The position numbers were made by a program, and so were the translations under genes. A DNA stretch of 64,000 bases from Tubulanus polymorphus (lineage: Eukaryota > Animalia > Nemertea). The first letter of the stretch is position 1. Every line of letters starts with the position of its first letter. Below, piece after piece: positions 58,598-64,000 of the stretch. A model generated the notes under the pieces. That model did not search any database. It was not told where the DNA came from and saw only the letters and a program-made list of their open reading frames with translations. Where the stretch lies: contig NC_134025.1 of the NCBI RefSeq assembly GCF_964204645.1, forward strand, positions 1 to 64,000, given 5' to 3'.

Positions 58598-60677
58598 ATG
58601 TATACAGCAATACAAATATTACGCTTCCTATTCTGTGTGGTGAACACTTTATATTCTATTCCGACATATTTTCTATGGTTATTCCTTTTACTGCCATTGA
58701 AGTTTGTGAAACCAACATTATTCTGGACTTGTGAAACTTTCATGTTCACATTCCTATTGGAGAGTGTGGCCTCGTGGCAGTGGCAAGCTGGATACGACAG
58801 TAAGTACTACAGTAAACACATCACTCACTTAAACTACAATTAGTGAACATTTCAAACTCCATTTCAATTTATGCAGTATAATTTTTTAGTACCAGTAATA
58901 ATGTTTACAATGTAAAAATACCAACAATTACACTAACAATACCAACAATTACACTAACAATACCAACAATTACACTAACAATACCAACAATTACACTAAC
59001 AATACCAACAATTACACTAACAATACCTACAATTACACTAACAATACCAACAATTACACTAACAATACCAACAATTACACTAACAATACCAACAATGATA
59101 TTGTAATAGTGGTATTATTGTTGCAATCTTAATTATAACAATGTTATTTAAGAACATGTATATTGTGATTGTAGTTGTTGAGTTTGGTGGTGATGAAATC
59201 AGTTTATGTGAAGATGATGAGTCAATAGTAATAGCCAATCATCAATCGACAGCTGATGTGCCGTTATTGATGAAATATTTCTCATCCAAACCTAAAGTTG
59301 CTAAGAATCTAATGTGGATAATGGATGTACTGTTTAAATATTCTAATTTCGGTGCTGTATCGATGGTTAGAGGAGATATATTCATACGCCAGGTAGGTAA
59401 TACCCCCCCACAAACACAACCCCTCCACAAACACCTCCACCCCACAAACACCTCCACCCCACTCCACAAACACACACCCCCACAAACACCTCAACCCCAC
59501 CAAACACCCCCCACAAACACAGCCCCCCCCCACCAAACACCCCATAACCCTTCCTCATGTGTAACATTCATCTGTTTTTATGATTACAGGGTAAAGAATG
59601 TCGAGAACAACAATTAAAACTGTTAGATGATTGTTTAAATGAGGATTATTGGCCTCGAAATCGTAAATGGATCGTCTTATTTCCAGAAGGTGGATTTTTA
59701 TATAAACGTTTAGAAAGTAGTCAAAGGTGAGATGCACCTCAAAATCTGTGGTTCAGTAAGCCTGGGTGGGGTCCAGTAAGCCCAGGTGGGGTCCAGTAAG
59801 CCCAGGTTGGGTCCAGTAAGCCCAGGTGGGGTCCAGTTAGCCCAGGTGGGGTCCAGTAAGCCCAGGTGGGGTCCAGTAAGCCCAGGTGGGGTCCAGTAAG
59901 CCCAGGTGGGGTCCAGTTAGCCCAGGTGGGGTCCAGTAAGCCCAGGTGGGGTCCAGTGGTCCCAAATGATCTGAATTAAGCTGATTTTACTGTACTTTTT
60001 TCAGGTTTGCCAAGAAGAACAATTTACCAGTTTTAGAACACGTAACTTTACCAAGAGTTGGAGCACTTCATGTTCTTTTAAGTAATACAAATAAACAAAC
60101 AGGTATTTATACTATTCCCCCTGTAAGTGTGATCAGTAGGGTGATTGTGATCAGTAGGGTGATTTTGATCAGTGGGGTGATTGTGATCAGTAGGGTGATT
60201 TTGATCAGTGGGGTGATTGTGATCGGTAGGCTGATTGCGATCAGTAGGCTGATTGCGATCAGTAGGTTATCTAATCATATTTATTCTGTATTGATTTCAG
60301 GAAAACGGTTCAAATGGTTGATTGATTTAACTATCGCTTACCCAGAAAGCAATGCCCTTGACCTGATGACGATAATGTCCGGGTCAAGGTTACCGTGTAA
60401 GACAGTGTTGTATACACGTTGTTATGCGATTGATGAGATATCGCGAGATGTCGAAGGATTAACGTCGTGGATGTACGATAGATACGCCGAGAAAGATCAA
60501 CTATTGGATCATTATTATAAAACAGGAAATATCAGTGATTCATCAATTTCCACAAAACTCTCAAGTAAAAAATTGCAATATAATGGATTTAGTTTCATTT
60601 TGATTCATTTATTCTTCTTGATATCGAGTTATTTTCATTATCAGTGGATTCTATTCATTTTCCGGTGTATATTTTAA
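58598..60677 (+). CDS. LPGAT1: Acyl-CoA:lysophosphatidylglycerol acyltransferase 1 (AGPAT family), 5 coding exons
   Basis: N-terminal hydrophobic segment (NTLYSIPTY); catalytic [103 protein letters not shown]. Confidence 0.92.
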
Positions 60678-61300
60678 TCAAAAATCTCTCATTCAAGCAT
60701 TTTTGAATTTGAGTTGTTTTAACAGCGTACATTATTGACTTTGTTTCCGTAGTGACATTGACTATGAGCACTCACAATTCTACATGTTCTTTCTGTTTAA
60801 ATATCGTAACTTCATTATACCAACTAGTCCTATAGAACCATAGACATAAAAGCTAGTCCAAAGAATTTAAAACCTGACTAAAGAATTCAATCTAGTCTGA
60901 CAATTTACATCAAAGTGTAAAGACTTAAAAACTAGTCCAAAGAATTTAAACCAGTCATAAGAAATAAAACTAACTAATCCCAGAATTTGCACCAAGCATA
61001 AGAATTAAAAACTGGTCCAAAGAATTTAAACCAGTCATAAGAATTAAAACTAACTAGTCCCAGAATTTAGACCAGTCATAAGAATTAAAAACTTTGGTCC
61101 AAAGAATTCAAACCAGTCATAAGAATTAAAACTAACTAGTCCCAGAATTTAAACCAGTCATAAGAATTAAAAACTGGTCCAAAGAATTCAAACCAGTCAT
61201 AAGAATTAAAAACTTTGGTCCAAAGAATTCAAACCAGTCATAAGAATTAAATTAGTCCCAGAATTTAAACCAGTCATAAGAATTAAATTATTCCCAGAAT
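58918..61300. repeat. Several minisatellites in LPGAT1 introns and 3' region
   Basis: AATACCAACAATTACACTAAC (58918-59095); CCCAGGTGGGGTCCAGTAAG (59755-59960); TGATCAGTAGGGTGATTG (60128-60267); CCAGTCATAAGAATTAAAA-type (60850-61300). Confidence 0.88.
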
Positions 61301-61917
61301 TGTCAGTTTTAGAAGCGGTGCCAGTACGGTATTTAATTAAGTATTTATCACTTATCTGTGATTTTAATACATTGATAAATTTTCTGTTTTATTACAGTGA
61401 ACTTATTTTACAATGTGTTGAATTATTATAATCTTCATAATGACATAATATTTGAATGACAACAATGTAAGGTCAGTTACGGTTCGTTGTATGAGAACAT
61501 GTATTAAAGTTACATTGTATATGATGTTGTTATTTCAAGCTTTAAGTATTAAATGTTTCAATGAATGAAAATTGATGTTGTAAAAAGTTTTTCACTGAAA
61601 AAAAAGTAATTCGTTAAATATTGTTTATAAGTTAAATATAGGAATTTTAATGCAGAAATGTATTTTGAAACGAACCAAAGAGTTGTATATTATGACATGA
61701 CAATTAAAGCTTTAAAATAATGACAAATTAAAATCGATTTTGAAGAAATATATATAATGTAAAATGTTGTACATGTGTATAATTGATAAAAAAAACAGCT
61801 ATAAATCAATATGATATATTTATTTTGTAACCGCTAATTCTTCTTTGTGTGAATATTTGAGCAAGTTCCAGGATGAATTTCAGTTTTAGCAGGAACAGAA
61901 AAGTCCCAACTCTACTC

Positions 61918-62845
61918 CATCAGTATCAGTTGGTTCGAACCCGGGACATCCCCGTACATCCGCTATTCAGCATCAGGACCACTCTGGAACCAGTGTCAGT
62001 AATTACTGGGTTCGAACCCGCGACACCCCTGCACATCCTCTATTCAGTATCATCAGTAATTACTGGGTTCGAACCTGGTATTACCTGATAGTGAATCAAT
62101 GATGCTAGGATCGCCATCTATTAGAATTTGGCTGAACTAGCTAGATAGCTCTTACTGTCTTACTGACTGCTCTCTAATGTGTTAAAATCACACTCGCCAT
62201 CTAGCGGATATATATGTTACTACAGTCTAATAACGGTTATATCTACCAGATGGCGAGTGTGATTTCAACACATTAGAGAGCAGTCAGTAAGACAGTAAGA
62301 GCTATCTTGTCAGTTCAGCTTAATTCCAATAGATGGCGGTCATGTTTAAGATAAAATAAAATTACCCCTGTACATCCTCTATTCAGCATCAGGACCACTC
62401 TGAATCAGTATCAGTAATCACCGGGTTCAAACCCGGGACACCTCTGTATATCGTCTATTCAGCATCAGGACCACTTTGAATCAGTATCAGTAATTACCGG
62501 GTTCGAACCCGGGCGGGACACCCCTGCATGCAGCATCAGGACCACACTGAATCAGCATCAGTAATTATTGGGTATGAACCCGGGACACCCTGTACATCCT
62601 TTATTCAGCATCAGGACCACTCTGAATCAATATCAATAATCATTGGGTTTGAACCCGGGACACCCGTGTACATCCTCTATTCAGCATCAGGACCACTCTG
62701 AATCAGTATCAGTAATTATTGGGTTCGAACCCGGGACACCCCTGCACATCCTCTATTCAGCATCAGGACCACTCTGAATCAGTATCAGTAATTACTGGTT
62801 CTCGAACCCGGGACACCCCCGTACATCCTCTTTTCAGCATCAGGG
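61918..62845. mobile_element. Second, LINE-free copy of the satellite + palindrome composite element
   Basis: Same ~75-bp satellite units. Intact ~227-bp palindrome 62112-62338 with the same flanks as the 33-34 kb copy (CTGATAGTGAATCAATGATGCTAGGATCG on the left). Confidence 0.85.
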
Positions 62846-63006
62846 CAAGTTGGTCTGGATCTGTAACTCAGATTCTGTCCATCAAGTAAATTAACTCTGC
62901 ACTAACACACATTTTTTTTATCAAATAAATAATTTTTTTTATTTATCAAATTTGTAACTATAAAATACATTACGATATTATAAACATGTAATCGGTACCG
63001 GAAAAT

Positions 63007-63920
63007 TCACGCAGTGTTGAGTTTAGTAACTATGACAACTCGTAAAGTCTGATCAAAAGAAGTACAAACAGCGAGACCTTGTTTATCGGGACTCCAATCA
63101 AATGAAGAGATCGGTTGAGTTGAGAGAGTAGCGTTCTGTAGCAGAGATACAGTTCCAGCTACTCCTAATTCAATATCATTAGAATCTTTTACAACTCGAT
63201 TTGACGGATAATTACTGAAAAATACATCAATTAGTTCATCCATTAAATCATCTAAATATAGATTTCACAAGGGTCACTTTGAGTCAAAATGCAGCCCCAG
63301 GGCGAAACCAGTTCCTGGGTGAAACCAGCCCGTGGGTAAAACCAGTCCCCGGGTGAAACTAGTCCCTGGGCGAAACCAGTCCCCGGGTGAAACTAGTCCC
63401 TGGGCGAAACCAGTCCCTGGGCTAAACCAGTTCCTGGGCTAAACCAGTCCCTGGGCGAAACCAGTCCCTGGGCGAAACCAGTCCCTGGGCTAAACCAGTC
63501 CCTGGGCGAAACCAGTCCCTGGGCGAAACCAGTCCCTGGGCGAAACCAGCCCCTGGGTGAAACCAGCCCCTGGGTGAAACTGCCGTTTGAGGAAGATGCT
63601 TACTATTTCCACACATGTAAAGATCCATTTCCTCCACCAGTAGTGAATATATCTCTATTCTGTGGTAAATGTCGAGCTAACCAAACTGTACTTTTATGCG
63701 CCTGAAATAAATCACAATTCACATTGACAGTAAGTAATTCAAAACTTAGACTGAATAAAATCTAGAATTTGAAAATGATTCTTACTTTTTCTGAAACGGA
63801 ACTAAAGCCTTTTTCTGGATGTTGAGTTCTCATATCAAACACATGAATAGAAGATTCTAAAGTTGTTACTGCTAATTTATTCATGTTTATATCTTTACGG
63901 TCAAATTCAACGCAACAAAC
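63007..63920 (-). CDS. WDR92: WD repeat protein 92 / dynein axonemal assembly factor 10, last exons only (5' part off-window)
   Basis: [44 protein letters not shown]|[32 protein letters not shown]|YPSNRVVKD...[43 protein letters not shown]. Confidence 0.92.
63295..63580. repeat. 17-bp minisatellite, WDR92 intron
   Basis: CCAGTCCCTGGGCGAAA variants. Confidence 0.92.
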
Positions 63921-64000
63921 CTACAATTTACAACAATAAAACCTCAACTGTGGAACTCATGGTTTATGTTTTTAATGATTTGTGCCCTGATAGACATTGT

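Overview
Eukaryotic (metazoan, probably invertebrate) genomic DNA: AT-rich and gene-dense, with about 15 spliced protein-coding genes in 64 kb. Most introns are short, but many are inflated by a different GC-richer minisatellite. Genes in order: IFT88 (-, 3' end off-window), CDK8 (+), NDUFB4 (-), eIF1A (+), a C2H2 zinc-finger gene (+), an uncharacterised gene (-), COX16 (+), FNTB (+), FUT8 (-), MAX (-), PARP1 (+), fumarase FH (-), LPGAT1 (+) and WDR92/DNAAF10 (-, 5' end off-window). Most long ORFs in the supplied track are repeat artefacts. Mobile DNA: a piggyBac-like remnant in an FNTB intron, a 5'-truncated non-LTR retrotransposon, MITE-like hairpins, and a composite satellite/palindrome element present twice (31-34.5 kb and 62 kb) whose 45-bp central spacer is inverted between the two copies. 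Main second-look items: a cryptic, highly diverged ~54-bp tandem array filling the MAX/PARP1 divergent promoter; the flip/flop palindrome carrying CTCF-like motifs; two U12-type introns; tandem duplication of a PARP1 exon/donor junction; and deep synteny blocks. All calls come from reading the sequence by eye; exon and repeat edges may be off by a few bases.
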